A stretch of DNA of 64,000 nt from Candidatus Forterrea multitransposorum CG_2015-17_Forterrea_25_41. GTDB lineage: Archaea; Iainarchaeota; Iainarchaeia; Iainarchaeales; CSSED10-239. This document shows, piece after piece, positions 48,085-58,415 of the stretch. The translations under genes and the position numbers were made by a program. The stretch is from the NCBI GenBank assembly GCA_009392915.1, contig CP045477.1, forward strand, positions 416,001 to 480,000. The letters are read 5' to 3'. A model generated the notes under the pieces. That model had not been told where the DNA came from, made no database searches, and saw only the letters and a list, made by a program, of their open reading frames with translations. The stretch's first letter is position 1; each line of letters begins with the position of its first letter.

Positions 48085-48963
48085 CTATCTTTTCTTTGAA
48101 TTCTTTTTATTTCTTGAAACTAAATAAACTATCCAACCTAAAAATGCAAATGGAATTATTACAAATAAAAATTTCAATAATGCATTTACACTATTTACAA
48201 AAGATCTTACAAGATCAGATAATTTAACAAGTGCTATATTAGAATAACTGTATTTTTCAGAAATATTTAAATTAATTGTAGAATAATCAACTCTTTGATC
48301 CATGTTCTTTAATGAATCTTCTAAATATTTAATTGTTCTTTCTTGATTAAATATTCTATCATTTAATTCTATTTTATCTGAAATTTTTTCAGCACTATTA
48401 TACATTTCTTGATATCTTAAAAGTCTTTCTCTTTCAACTTCAAGTTCAATTTCTCTATTAGTATAACTTCCAGTTATATCATTTGAATTTTCAGTAAAAT
48501 AAGTAACTTTACCAATCTCTCTTAATTGAGAAACAACAGAATCAAGTTTTGAAGATTCAACTTTAATAGAGTAAGAACCATAATATTCTTCTTTATTACC
48601 ATTTTCTCTTGTATTTAAACTTTCATTTAAAACTATTGAATCAGAAGAAGAAACAATTGACTTTACTTTTGAATCTGCAAGTTTAAATTCTCCACCTTTA
48701 ACTTCTAAAGAAAGACTAGAATTTTTTGTAATTTTTCTATCTTCAACTTCTGGTGCAAAATCTTGACTATAGCTTAAACCATAACCACCAGCATATTCCA
48801 TAGATTTAGAATACATGGCACTATCATTCATTGCAAAAGAATCTCTTGCAGAATAACTAGTTCCATTTGAAACTAAAAAAGTTAAAACTAAGAATGCAAC
48901 AACAACTAAAAGAATTATTAACCAATTTTCTTTTAATCTTATTAATTGTTCTTTAAAGCTCAT
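48085..48963 (-). CDS. Hypothetical protein with N- and C-terminal TM helices.
   Basis: The ORF is flanked by hydrophobic segments. S-rich. Confidence 0.3.
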   Translation of the reverse strand: MSFKEQLIRLKENWLIILLVVVAFLVLTFLVSNGTSYSARDSFAMNDSAMYSKSMEYAGGYGLSYSQDFAPEVEDRKITKNSSLSLEVKGGEFKLADSKVKSIVSSSDSIVLNESLNTRENGNKEEYYGSYSIKVESSKLDSVVSQLREIGKVTYFTENSNDITGSYTNREIELEVERERLLRYQEMYNSAEKISDKIELNDRIFNQERTIKYLEDSLKNMDQRVDYSTINLNISEKYSYSNIALVKLSDLVRSFVNSVNALLKFLFVIIPFAFLGWIVYLVSRNKKNSKKR

Positions 48964-49092
48964 TTTTTTTATTCACCTCGTAACTATAAGTTTAATTAAC
49001 TAATTATTATATAAAAAGATTTAAAAAGAGGAACAAATACTTAGGAAAAAACCTTAAAGAACATTTCTTTTAAAAAATAAAAAAGATTAAAG

Positions 49093-49175
49093 CGCAGAGG
49101 ACGGGATTCGAACCCGTGTAGTCGTGAGACTCTAGCTTAGCAGGCTAGCGCGTTTGACCACTCTGCCACCTCTGC
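49093..49175 (-). tRNA. tRNA-Ser (anticodon GCU), class II.
   Basis: Manual fold: acceptor GCAGAGG/CCTCTGC, anticodon loop CTGCTAA, long variable arm, T-arm CGGGTTCGAATCCCG. Confidence 0.8.
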
Positions 49176-49247
49176 TCTATTTGTTTTATTCTTCTTATAA
49201 ACAATTAGTAAATATTTATGCTTCTAAAAGTATTTAAAGGTATTTTT

Positions 49248-50150
49248 TTATTTTTTAGAGAAAACCTTTCCTAAAAAAACCTTTTTATTAACACCATACC
49301 TTTTAACATCAATATACCCTTTACCTTCTAATTTTTTAAGGTTTCTTGAAACAGTACCTTTTGGTAAAAAACATTCTTTTGAAAGATTTTTTTGCAAAAT
49401 ACCATTCTTTTCTAAAACAATTTTAATTATTTTTTGCTCATTTTCATTAAGTCCTAAAAGAAGATCTTCAGCTTCTATTTTTTCTTTATTTGAAGAAATT
49501 AAAGATTTTTTCTTTTTTAAAATAAACTTAACTAAAACAAAAAATACAAAAAAAGAAATAAAAAATATCATAAAAAACAAAAACCAATTAAATGGTTTTT
49601 TATCAATCATAGAAGAAAAATGAATTGAATAATTAATATCAAAATAAGAAATTGGCTCATTATAAGTTACTAAAAACTTATTATCTTGTATAGTTACATT
49701 TCTATAATCTAGAGAAAGAGAAATTATTTCTGTTTTTTTAGGTAAAATTAAAGAAAAACTATCCACATATTCTTTAAAAATAGGTAAATAACTAACAGAC
49801 CAAACATTTCCATTCTTAAAAGAATAAACATCAGTTAAATAAATTATTTCAAGAGTTAAAGAATTATCTAAAATACAGCAATTATTTAGATTAATTGTTA
49901 AAGTATTAAATGAATAATTATAATTAATATCTTTATTTGTATTCTTTATCTTAAGATCATAAACAGGAATAATTGGAAGAACAATAGAATCTCCTTTTTT
50001 AATTTCTGTAAATAAAACTATATCGTTTACTTGTAAAATACCATTCTCATTAACAGTAATAGAAGTATCTATTTTTTCTATATTATATGCAAAAGAATTA
50101 ACAGAAAATAAAACAATTAATAATAATAATAAAAAATAATAATTTTTCAT
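49248..50150 (-). CDS. Membrane-associated protein with a C-terminal winged-HTH (MarR/TrmB-like).
   Basis: Signal/TM at the N-terminus, a mid TM helix, and a C-terminal LSKECFLPKGTVSRNLKKLEGKGYIDVKR wHTH. Confidence 0.4.
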   Translation of the reverse strand: MKNYYFLLLLLIVLFSVNSFAYNIEKIDTSITVNENGILQVNDIVLFTEIKKGDSIVLPIIPVYDLKIKNTNKDINYNYSFNTLTINLNNCCILDNSLTLEIIYLTDVYSFKNGNVWSVSYLPIFKEYVDSFSLILPKKTEIISLSLDYRNVTIQDNKFLVTYNEPISYFDINYSIHFSSMIDKKPFNWFLFFMIFFISFFVFFVLVKFILKKKKSLISSNKEKIEAEDLLLGLNENEQKIIKIVLEKNGILQKNLSKECFLPKGTVSRNLKKLEGKGYIDVKRYGVNKKVFLGKVFSKK

Positions 50151-50229
50151 AATAATATATAGTATATTAAAATATTTAAAATGTATTATTTAATTTTTAT
50201 TAAAAAAAAAAGAAAAAGAAGAGAAATAA

Positions 50230-51753
50230 CTATTCAGTTATCTCTACATCTTCAGAAGCATTTAAAGAAACATACTTTTCTCTATGTCCAAAAGGAATAA
50301 AACCAAATAACTTTCTTTGTTCTTTAACCTTTAAAACATATTCAAGTTTGCTATCTACAGAAACAAGTTCAACATTTCCAATAACATTTTCTGTTTTAAT
50401 ATTATTTTCAATTAAAACATTGTTAATTGGTTTTATTTTTCTAACCTTTTCTTGATTTGAAATATACATTTCAGTCATACTTTCATCTGTAAATACTTCA
50501 TAGTCTTCTAAAGTCTCAATTAAAACATCATCACCTTTTTCTTTTCTAAGGTCTTTTTTAGCTTCAGCATTTATTGAAACATTAGATATCTTTACTTGTT
50601 CTTGAACAATCATTCTATTTTGAAGTTTTTCTTGAGCTTTTTCTGAAAGTGTATCAATTGGAGCAAAAGCTACAACAAAATTTTCAGAAACTATTGTTTT
50701 GTAAAGAGGATCTTGACTATCAACTATTCTTCTATTAACTAAACTTACTTCAATAGAATATTTGTTATCTCTAAATTCTTTCCCAAATACTTTTTCAATT
50801 AAATCTAGATTATTTTTTATAGATACTTGATAATTATAAGTATATACTCTTCTCATTTCAGGTAATACACTATTTGCTTGATTTCTAGTAGCAACTGATG
50901 TATTTGCTGAAACTGATCCAGAACCAGAATTATTTACTTGATTTGAAGCAGAAACAGATGCTCTTACTCTTTCAATATTCTTAATAGATTCTAAATTTTG
51001 TGATGAAGAAACTTGAGTATAAACTTCAGCTTTCACAGTTGAAACATCAATTTCAGAAGATTCATTTACAGAAACACTTGAATCAATTCTTTCTGTTGGA
51101 ACTGTTATACCACCTTCACGATCTACCATTAAATAAACTACTTTATCTGATGTTGATATATCAACTAAAGGAGTCATTTTAAAAACTAAATTATATTCTT
51201 CTTTTAAAAGTTCTTTTGAAGAGATTACTCTTGCATGGATTTTTGAATTATTATAGATAAATCCAGAATTATCGTTTACAACAGGAGTAAATTTAACACT
51301 TAAACCTAATTTATTTTCAGTTACTGGAGGTTTAGGTTTTTCTATAAATTTTTCAATACCAACTTTACATTCTTGTTCAGTTTCAAAAGATCTGATATTG
51401 TTAACTCCACAACCACTTCCACATTCTACAAACTCACAAGAATATTCTATTTCAGATTCTTGATTATAATTTGTTTTAGAATCTTCTTCTTGAACATCTA
51501 CATTAGTATGAACTTCAGAAGATATTACCCACATAGGAATACAAACAGCAGGACAGATTTCATCAATATTTCCTTGAGAATTATCAATTGTATCTATATT
51601 AATATTTGCATTCATATTAAGATTAGGAGTATTATCATCAACTACAATCATTTCTGTTACATAATCTGCATTTATTGGAGGAACAGCTAAAATTCCTACA
51701 GCAAATATAAAAGCTAACAGAATAACTGAAATTATTTTTTTTATAACATTCAT
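50230..51753 (-). CDS. Hypothetical secreted protein.
   Basis: N-terminal signal-like helix. Cys cluster (CPAVCIPMW...CEFVECGSGCG). Confidence 0.35.
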   Translation of the reverse strand: MNVIKKIISVILLAFIFAVGILAVPPINADYVTEMIVVDDNTPNLNMNANINIDTIDNSQGNIDEICPAVCIPMWVISSEVHTNVDVQEEDSKTNYNQESEIEYSCEFVECGSGCGVNNIRSFETEQECKVGIEKFIEKPKPPVTENKLGLSVKFTPVVNDNSGFIYNNSKIHARVISSKELLKEEYNLVFKMTPLVDISTSDKVVYLMVDREGGITVPTERIDSSVSVNESSEIDVSTVKAEVYTQVSSSQNLESIKNIERVRASVSASNQVNNSGSGSVSANTSVATRNQANSVLPEMRRVYTYNYQVSIKNNLDLIEKVFGKEFRDNKYSIEVSLVNRRIVDSQDPLYKTIVSENFVVAFAPIDTLSEKAQEKLQNRMIVQEQVKISNVSINAEAKKDLRKEKGDDVLIETLEDYEVFTDESMTEMYISNQEKVRKIKPINNVLIENNIKTENVIGNVELVSVDSKLEYVLKVKEQRKLFGFIPFGHREKYVSLNASEDVEITE

Positions 51754-51986
51754 ATGTTATTACCACCTTTTTATTTTTTGTATAAAATTATATAAAAGAT
51801 TATAACTTACTTTAATTAGCCTTTTAAAAATAATTAAAGCTACATTAAGTTATAAACTACAAAATACTTATAAACTTTATTATTTAAATAGAATAGGTGA
51901 AACATTGCGAAACTTTACGAAAAATAAGCTTAAAAACCAAAGAAAACTATATAATTTTAAAAGTTTTTTAAAAATTAGATAATAAG

Positions 51987-52058
51987 CGCCCCAGGCGGGA
52001 GTCGAACCCGCCCCACAACCTTGACAGGGTCGTATCCTAACCGATAGACTACTGGGGC
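51987..52058 (-). tRNA. tRNA-Asp (anticodon GUC).
   Basis: Manual fold: acceptor GCCCCAG/CTGGGGC, anticodon loop CTGTCAA, T-arm GGGCGGGTTCGACTCCCGCC. Confidence 0.75.
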
Positions 52059-52174
52059 TTTTTGTTAAAGATTTTAAATTTATACTAAATAAAATAGTTA
52101 AACTATAAATAAATTAATGCACAAAAACATTTATATTTGTATCTTCTAACAAAATTACATCTAAAAACCATGTA

Positions 52175-52777
52175 TTATTTTATCTTTTTTAAAAAATACC
52201 AAAAAGCAATAAATAACACTACAAAACCAACTAAAAAAATCATTAAAACATTAAAATAATTTAAAACTGATTTTGAAATCTCTTCTCCAAGCTTATAACC
52301 AAGAATTGTTAAAAAAGAAACCCATAAAAAAGATCCTAAAAAAGTGTAAAAAATAAAATCTTTTAAAGGCATTTTTGAAAAACCAGCAGGAATAGAAATA
52401 TACTGTCTTACAACAGGTATTAACCTTCCAAAAAAAGTTGCTGATTTACCATATTTTTTAAAAAACAATTCTGCTTTTTCTAGATGAGAAATATTTATAA
52501 AGAATATTCTTTGGTGTCTTAAAAGATATCTCCTTCCTAAATAATAACCTATAGAATAATTTATTAATGCACCAAAAACAGAACCTAAAGTTCCTAAAAG
52601 AATTACAAGAAATATATTTAAATTACCTACATATGCAAAAGCACCTGCAGGAACCATTATGATCTCTGAAGGAAAAGGAATAAATGAACTTTCAATAGTC
52701 ATTAATAAAAACACCAATAAATGTCCAACAAATCCTGTTAAATAATCAGACAAAAATAAAATCATTTCTTCAAACAT
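52175..52777 (-). CDS. DedA/TVP38 family membrane protein.
   Basis: GHLLVFLLMTIESSFIPFPSEIIMVPAG matches the DedA core. Confidence 0.65.
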   Translation of the reverse strand: MFEEMILFLSDYLTGFVGHLLVFLLMTIESSFIPFPSEIIMVPAGAFAYVGNLNIFLVILLGTLGSVFGALINYSIGYYLGRRYLLRHQRIFFINISHLEKAELFFKKYGKSATFFGRLIPVVRQYISIPAGFSKMPLKDFIFYTFLGSFLWVSFLTILGYKLGEEISKSVLNYFNVLMIFLVGFVVLFIAFWYFLKKIK

Positions 52778-52805
52778 AAGTTTTCGTCATTTCTTTTTAA
52801 GATAT

Positions 52806-53510
52806 CTAAACTATATAACTAGATACAAAAAAGATTAAAAGACTTACTGGAAGTAAAAAACATAAATAAATCCAAACTTTCTTTGAATTACTATCAATCT
52901 GTGATAAATAAATTGAAGAAATTATAACATATTCAACTAAATATACAATTGCACAATAATAACTTACAATAAACAAACTAGAATTAGAAGTTAAACCAAC
53001 AACTGAAATATCAACAATTCCAGTTAAACTTTTAACCAAAGAAATTACAACCCCTAAAATCCCAGGAACAATAAAACCACCTGCAAAAAGAATAGTGTAT
53101 TTTTGCATTAAAAGAATTGAAGTTCTTTCATCAAACAATTCTCTTGATTTTAAAAAATCTTTAACTAAATTTTTATAATCTTTAGAAGTAACTGTTCCAG
53201 TAAAAACTGAATATTCTAAAAGATCTAAAAAATTTGAAAGAAAAGAAGAATTATATTTATTTTTTAAAATATTAAACACTTCTTTAGGGGTATGCCCTTT
53301 GTTTATTTTATTTAAAATTAATTTAAATTCAGAAGATATTAATTGATTACTGGAAGATGCAAGCTTTACTAAAATTACTTTTAGATCATTTGTTTTAACA
53401 AACCCAGAGATTCTTAAAACTTCATCAATTAAAGCATCTTCAAATTTCTTTCTCTTAATACTAAAAAAATAATCTCCAAATAAGTAATTTAAATACTTCA
53501 TTAATTTCAT
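52806..53510 (-). CDS. Type II/IV secretion-system F-domain membrane protein (TadC/FlaJ-like half).
   Basis: Cytoplasmic helical domain followed by three TM helices. Adjacent to a similar protein and a secretion ATPase. Confidence 0.45.
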   Translation of the reverse strand: MKLMKYLNYLFGDYFFSIKRKKFEDALIDEVLRISGFVKTNDLKVILVKLASSSNQLISSEFKLILNKINKGHTPKEVFNILKNKYNSSFLSNFLDLLEYSVFTGTVTSKDYKNLVKDFLKSRELFDERTSILLMQKYTILFAGGFIVPGILGVVISLVKSLTGIVDISVVGLTSNSSLFIVSYYCAIVYLVEYVIISSIYLSQIDSNSKKVWIYLCFLLPVSLLIFFVSSYIV

Positions 53511-53533
53511 AATTAATTAACTCTCATTTTTAT

Positions 53534-54280
53534 TTATGGAAGATTAGCTTTCATTGTTAGGAATATAAACATATCAATTATTGGAAATAAAATAACAATT
53601 ATAAAAATAACAGATAAAGGTGTAAAAGATAATTCTAAAAAATTACTACCAACTAATAAAAACATTAAAAACAAAGCAGGAACAATTGCAGAAACAACAA
53701 TATAGATTAAAGATAAAAGACTTAATTTAGTGGAATAATTTTTAATTAAATAATTTTGTTTTTCAATAATACTTGAAGATAATGTTCTTAAAGATTCAGA
53801 TTTATTTAAAGAACCAGTAGATAAAACATCTTCAATCTGATAAAAAACTCTCTTTAAATCTGAGTTTTCAACACCCACAGAAATAAAAGATTCAGAAAGA
53901 GAATAACCTAAGACATTTACTTTATATAAAACTTTTTTAATAATTTGCCCAATTAAAGAAGAATCAACTCTATTTTCTAAAGCAATTTTTAAAGAAATAT
54001 TCTTATCTAAATCATTTGCAAGGTTATTTAAGAAAAAAGGAATTTCTTTATTTATTTGTCTTTGATGATTTTGAAGCTTAATCTTGTATTTAAAAAAAAT
54101 AATAAAAAAGAACATAAAGAAAAACATAATAAATAAATTAAATAAATAACTATAAGATAAACTAATAACCACTGAATCAATTAATAAAAAAATAATTAAA
54201 ATTATTAAATAGAGAATAATAAATAACAAAAAGTTCTTTCTTGTAAATATTTCTTTCTTTAAAAAAATATAATCAATCAT
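53534..54280 (-). CDS. Type II/IV secretion-system F-domain membrane protein (TadB/FlaJ-like half).
   Basis: TM helices flank a T2SSF-like cytoplasmic domain (IGQIIKKVLYKV...). 8-nt overlap with the ATPase gene. Confidence 0.45.
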   Translation of the reverse strand: MIDYIFLKKEIFTRKNFLLFIILYLIILIIFLLIDSVVISLSYSYLFNLFIMFFFMFFFIIFFKYKIKLQNHQRQINKEIPFFLNNLANDLDKNISLKIALENRVDSSLIGQIIKKVLYKVNVLGYSLSESFISVGVENSDLKRVFYQIEDVLSTGSLNKSESLRTLSSSIIEKQNYLIKNYSTKLSLLSLIYIVVSAIVPALFLMFLLVGSNFLELSFTPLSVIFIIVILFPIIDMFIFLTMKANLP

Positions 54281-56036
54281 AATCTTTTCTAATTAATATT
54301 TCATCAATTATTTTTTCTTGTTTCTTATAAACTTTAAGATAATCTTTTTTATTTTTAATATCAAATGCAAATTTTAATTTATCATAGATTTTAATAGAAT
54401 CATTAACTTTAATTAATTTATTTTTATAAATATCAAAATAAAATAAAACATTTAAAGAAATTTTTCCATCTTTATATATAACTTCACAGATTTCAGTAAT
54501 ATTTCTTAAATCAATAGATTTACCTTTTAAATATTTATTATATCTTCTTTGAGTTATAATTAAATCAATTACACCTAAATCAGTTTCTAAAACACCATAT
54601 GACTTAAACCTTAATAGAGCTTCATTAGCACTTTGAGAATGGAAAGTTGTATATGTACCTTTTGCTTGACCACAAAGCATAGATTCAATTAAATATTTTG
54701 ATTCTTCTCTACTTCTAATTTCTCCAATAACAACTCTATCAGGTCTCATTCTTAAAGTGTTTATAACTAAACTTTCAAGATTAATTCCAATCTCAGGATT
54801 TACAAGTGTAAAAACTTTATGTTTATGAGGGATATTTATCTCTCTAACTTCTTCAACAACAACAAATCTTTCATCTAAAGGAACAAAAGAAAGTAAAGTG
54901 TTTAAAGTGGTTGTTTTTCCAGAACCAGTATTTCCAACAACAATTATATTTGAATCTGTTAAAAAACAAAGACTTAAAAAAACTAAAGCTTCTTTTGAAA
55001 CTGTATTAAAAGAGATTAAATCTTTAATTGTAAATGGTTTTTGAGAAAATTTTCTAATAGTAATACAAGCACTTTCAGTTATTGGGTTTATAACTGCATT
55101 AAGTCTTGAATTATCTTTAAGATAAGTATCTAAAATTGGATTTTTTAAAGTAATATATTTATTTGAGTGCCAAGAAAGTTTATTAATTAAATCCCTTATT
55201 ACTTGAGAAGAAGAATAAGAAAGATTACTTTCAAGCCAACCATAATATTTATGATAAACATAAAGTGATTTTCCTTCTCCAATAATTACAATTTCTTCAA
55301 GATAAGGATCTTTTAATATTTCTGTTAATGGTCCATAATTATAAAGATTATTAAAAGAAATATCTATAATATAATTAAATTGATCTTCTTCAAGCTCTAT
55401 GTTATTAACATAACAATAATCAATTAATTCTTTTTCAATATCTTCTTTTATTCTTTCAGTTGAAACTTTTTCAATATATTCTGTTCTAGTTTTATAAGAA
55501 TCTAAAATAAAGTTAATAACTTCAATTTCTTGGATTGAAAGATTTTGATGAAAAATTAAATATCTTTTAGAAGAATCTTTCATTTCAAATACATTTTTAG
55601 AAATATTTCTTAAGATTTCTTTTTTTAAATCTAAAACAACATAACCTAAATATCTATTAAGAATATATTTCTTTTCATCATCAGTAAACTCATCCATTAT
55701 CTTTAATAAAGCAGGATTATTTTTATAACAAAACATAGAAAAAGAACTTAAAGCACATAAATCACATTTATAAGCTTTATTTTTTCTTAAGATAATAGCA
55801 TTATGTGGACAAGCTTTAAGACACTCACCACACCCATCACATTTTTCAGAATCAATTGCTACAACGCCTTTAGAAACATAATAAATAGCATTTTTTTTAC
55901 AAGCTTTAATACAAGGAGCATCTTTACAATTGGTACAATTGAATACACAAGAAGAGTCTTTTTTTGTAAAATTGTAAGGACAATTTAGAAAAACATCTGT
56001 ATCTTTGATAAAATCTTCTGTTTTCTTAAGATACAT
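54273..56036 (-). CDS. FlaI/CpaF/VirB11-family secretion ATPase with an N-terminal 2[4Fe-4S] ferredoxin-like domain.
   Basis: N-terminus: CTNCKDAPCIKAC and CDGCGECLKACP (CxxCxxCxxxCP). C-terminal core: Walker A VVGNTGSGKTTTL, Asp box VVVEEVREI, Walker B RMRPDRVVIGEIRSREE. Confidence 0.75.
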   Translation of the reverse strand: MYLKKTEDFIKDTDVFLNCPYNFTKKDSSCVFNCTNCKDAPCIKACKKNAIYYVSKGVVAIDSEKCDGCGECLKACPHNAIILRKNKAYKCDLCALSSFSMFCYKNNPALLKIMDEFTDDEKKYILNRYLGYVVLDLKKEILRNISKNVFEMKDSSKRYLIFHQNLSIQEIEVINFILDSYKTRTEYIEKVSTERIKEDIEKELIDYCYVNNIELEEDQFNYIIDISFNNLYNYGPLTEILKDPYLEEIVIIGEGKSLYVYHKYYGWLESNLSYSSSQVIRDLINKLSWHSNKYITLKNPILDTYLKDNSRLNAVINPITESACITIRKFSQKPFTIKDLISFNTVSKEALVFLSLCFLTDSNIIVVGNTGSGKTTTLNTLLSFVPLDERFVVVEEVREINIPHKHKVFTLVNPEIGINLESLVINTLRMRPDRVVIGEIRSREESKYLIESMLCGQAKGTYTTFHSQSANEALLRFKSYGVLETDLGVIDLIITQRRYNKYLKGKSIDLRNITEICEVIYKDGKISLNVLFYFDIYKNKLIKVNDSIKIYDKLKFAFDIKNKKDYLKVYKKQEKIIDEILIRKDYD

Positions 56037-56140
56037 CTATAATTTAATTATAGAATAAAAAGATTAATAAATAGATCCTAAAATCTATAAAACAGGTTTT
56101 TTAAAAAGATATTTATATCTATCTATATTTAAATATAAGT

Positions 56141-57061
56141 ATGGAAGATGAATATATTATTATTTCAACAAACAAAGAAAAAGCCCAAGCAACAACAATT
56201 GCAAATAAACTAAATCTTACACTTGGAGATATTAATATAAAACAAGTTCAAGGTTCAGAAACAAGTGTTGATGTTAAAAGTTATGTAAATTATAAAAAAG
56301 TATTTTTAATATATAACATATCTCAACCAGTAAATGAATCAATAATGCAACTTTTATTTATAGCTGATGCCATAAGAAAAGAAGGTGCTGAAAAAATATA
56401 TTTAATTACTTCTTATCTTCCTTACACTAAAATAAAATATAGAACAGAATATAAATTAAATTTTAGTTTATTTTCAAGACTTTTACAAGAAACAAATATT
56501 GATAAAATATATACTTTTGGTCTTTATTCTCCAAAAATAAGTTTTTATCTTAAAATACCTCTTTACAATGTTCCTTTAATAAATCTTTTTTCAAAAGTTA
56601 TTGAAGATAATTTCACTAAAAATAAAAATCTAATAATAACTACAATAGATTATGAAATGCAAGAAACTTCAAAAGATATTGCTAAAAAAACAAAATCAGA
56701 AGTTATTTTTCCAACAAAAGACATAATTAACAATAAAATTAAATTTAATATCTCAGGAAATGTTAATGGAAAAGATATTTTAATAATTTCAGATTCAATA
56801 TTTACTGGAGAAAACATTATTGAATATTCAAACTATTTAACACTTAAGGGTGCAAAAAACATATCAGTTATAGCAACACATGGTATTTTAGATAAAAAAG
56901 CAATACCTCTAATTGAAAAATCTGTGATTAAACAAATATATGTAATTAATCATAATTATCAAAAATCAGAAAAAATAAAAATAGTTTCAACAACTAAGAT
57001 AATTGAAGAAATTATTAAAAGAACTGTAGATAAAAAGAACCTTAAAAACGTATTAAAATGA
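56141..57061 (+). CDS. Ribose-phosphate pyrophosphokinase-like protein (divergent PRPP synthetase).
   Basis: The N-terminal half aligns with Prs (IISTNKEKAQ...SETSVDVKSYVNYKKVFLIYNISQPVNESIMQLLFIADAIRKEGAEKIYLITSYLPY). PRTase-like ILIISDSIFTGENI. Confidence 0.5.
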   Translation: MEDEYIIISTNKEKAQATTIANKLNLTLGDINIKQVQGSETSVDVKSYVNYKKVFLIYNISQPVNESIMQLLFIADAIRKEGAEKIYLITSYLPYTKIKYRTEYKLNFSLFSRLLQETNIDKIYTFGLYSPKISFYLKIPLYNVPLINLFSKVIEDNFTKNKNLIITTIDYEMQETSKDIAKKTKSEVIFPTKDIINNKIKFNISGNVNGKDILIISDSIFTGENIIEYSNYLTLKGAKNISVIATHGILDKKAIPLIEKSVIKQIYVINHNYQKSEKIKIVSTTKIIEEIIKRTVDKKNLKNVLK

Positions 57062-57132
57062 TTTAAATATCTTTCTATACTATATAATATATACTTGTTT
57101 TTGTAAACAATAATTAAAGGTTGTGATGAAAA

Positions 57133-57612
57133 ATGATAAAAAGTGGAATGAAAAACCAAAATGAAAATAATGATAATTATTTAACAATTATCCTTGATGA
57201 TGGGGATGAAGTTGTTTATTGTGTAGAATCTGCTTTTAAAGAAAACTCTATCAAGAAAGCTATATTAGTTTCTGCAGATGGAAAACTAAGAGATTCAAAA
57301 ATGGCAATCTCAAGAGCAGGAAACCTAAGACAAAGAATATATTCAGAACCTTTAAAGATTAAACAAGTTTCAGGAGAATTTAATAAAATAAATGATGATT
57401 ATTTTGGAGATGTTAACATCTCTCTTGAAAAAGACCCAATCCATACTGTAAGTGGAGCTTTACTTAAAGGAATTGCAGATGGAGAAGTAACAATTAGATT
57501 TAAAATAATTAAAGATCTTGATTATCAACCTAATAATACAAAAACAATGGTTAAAGAAAAAATAATACAAGAAACTGTTAAAAAAGAACCTAAGCCTATG
57601 ATTATAGCTTAG
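57133..57612 (+). CDS. PCC/DUF296-like domain protein, hypothetical.
   Basis: KAILVSADGKL and VSGEF...DVNISLEKDPIHTVSGALLKGIADGEV resemble PPC-domain motifs. Confidence 0.3.
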   Translation: MIKSGMKNQNENNDNYLTIILDDGDEVVYCVESAFKENSIKKAILVSADGKLRDSKMAISRAGNLRQRIYSEPLKIKQVSGEFNKINDDYFGDVNISLEKDPIHTVSGALLKGIADGEVTIRFKIIKDLDYQPNNTKTMVKEKIIQETVKKEPKPMIIA

Positions 57613-58376
57613 TTTTTTTCTATTTTTTTATATATTTTTAAAATTATTTTTCTTATATTTCTTTTTAGTTTGTTTTTAAAATTTGGATTATTCTTACAAT
57701 AGTTATAAGAATATATTATAAAAAGCAAAAAAACAATTACAAAAAAATAAACTAAAGTATAATCTTTTTCTTCTTCTTTATAGACTACTATTTTTTCTAA
57801 CCTAAAGGGAAGATAACTTTGAGAAAAATCATCTGTTAAATAACTAAAGTTTCTATCAATAATATAAAATTTATTTAAAGATTCTGAAAATACACTATTT
57901 GTTTTAATTATATCTTTTGGAAAATCATAATAAACATTTAAATCATGTAAAGAATAAGTTACAAATAAATAATCTTGATAGTCTTTTTTAGAAATTACCC
58001 TTAAATGAATTTCTTTCTTTGAAATATTTAAAGAATCGTAAAGTTGAGTATAACCAGAAATATTTAAATCTTTTTTTAAAGAAATTTCTTTTTCAGAAAT
58101 AATTTTAAGTTCTGGAAGAGAATCATATTCTTTTAATATCTGCTCATATCTTAAAGAATCATTAGCATCTATTATGGAAAAATCAATTAATGGAAAATCT
58201 AAAAGATAATTATTAAATTCATTTTTTAAAAGATTATAATCTTTTTCTAAAAGATAAAGATTACTTTCAAAATCACTTGCATAAATAAAAGGTGTAAAAA
58301 ATAAGAAGAAGATAAATATTAAGATACAAAAGTAAGATTGTTTAAATAAAGAATTAAGTAAATCTTTATTATTCAT
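57609..58376 (-). CDS. Hypothetical protein with an N-terminal signal/TM helix and a C-terminal TM helix.
   Basis: ORF with hydrophobic termini. Confidence 0.3.
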   Translation of the reverse strand: MNNKDLLNSLFKQSYFCILIFIFFLFFTPFIYASDFESNLYLLEKDYNLLKNEFNNYLLDFPLIDFSIIDANDSLRYEQILKEYDSLPELKIISEKEISLKKDLNISGYTQLYDSLNISKKEIHLRVISKKDYQDYLFVTYSLHDLNVYYDFPKDIIKTNSVFSESLNKFYIIDRNFSYLTDDFSQSYLPFRLEKIVVYKEEEKDYTLVYFFVIVFLLFIIYSYNYCKNNPNFKNKLKRNIRKIILKIYKKIEKN

Positions 58377-58415
58377 TATAAAAATATTAGTTATTAGAAA
58401 ACTATTTAATTATTA

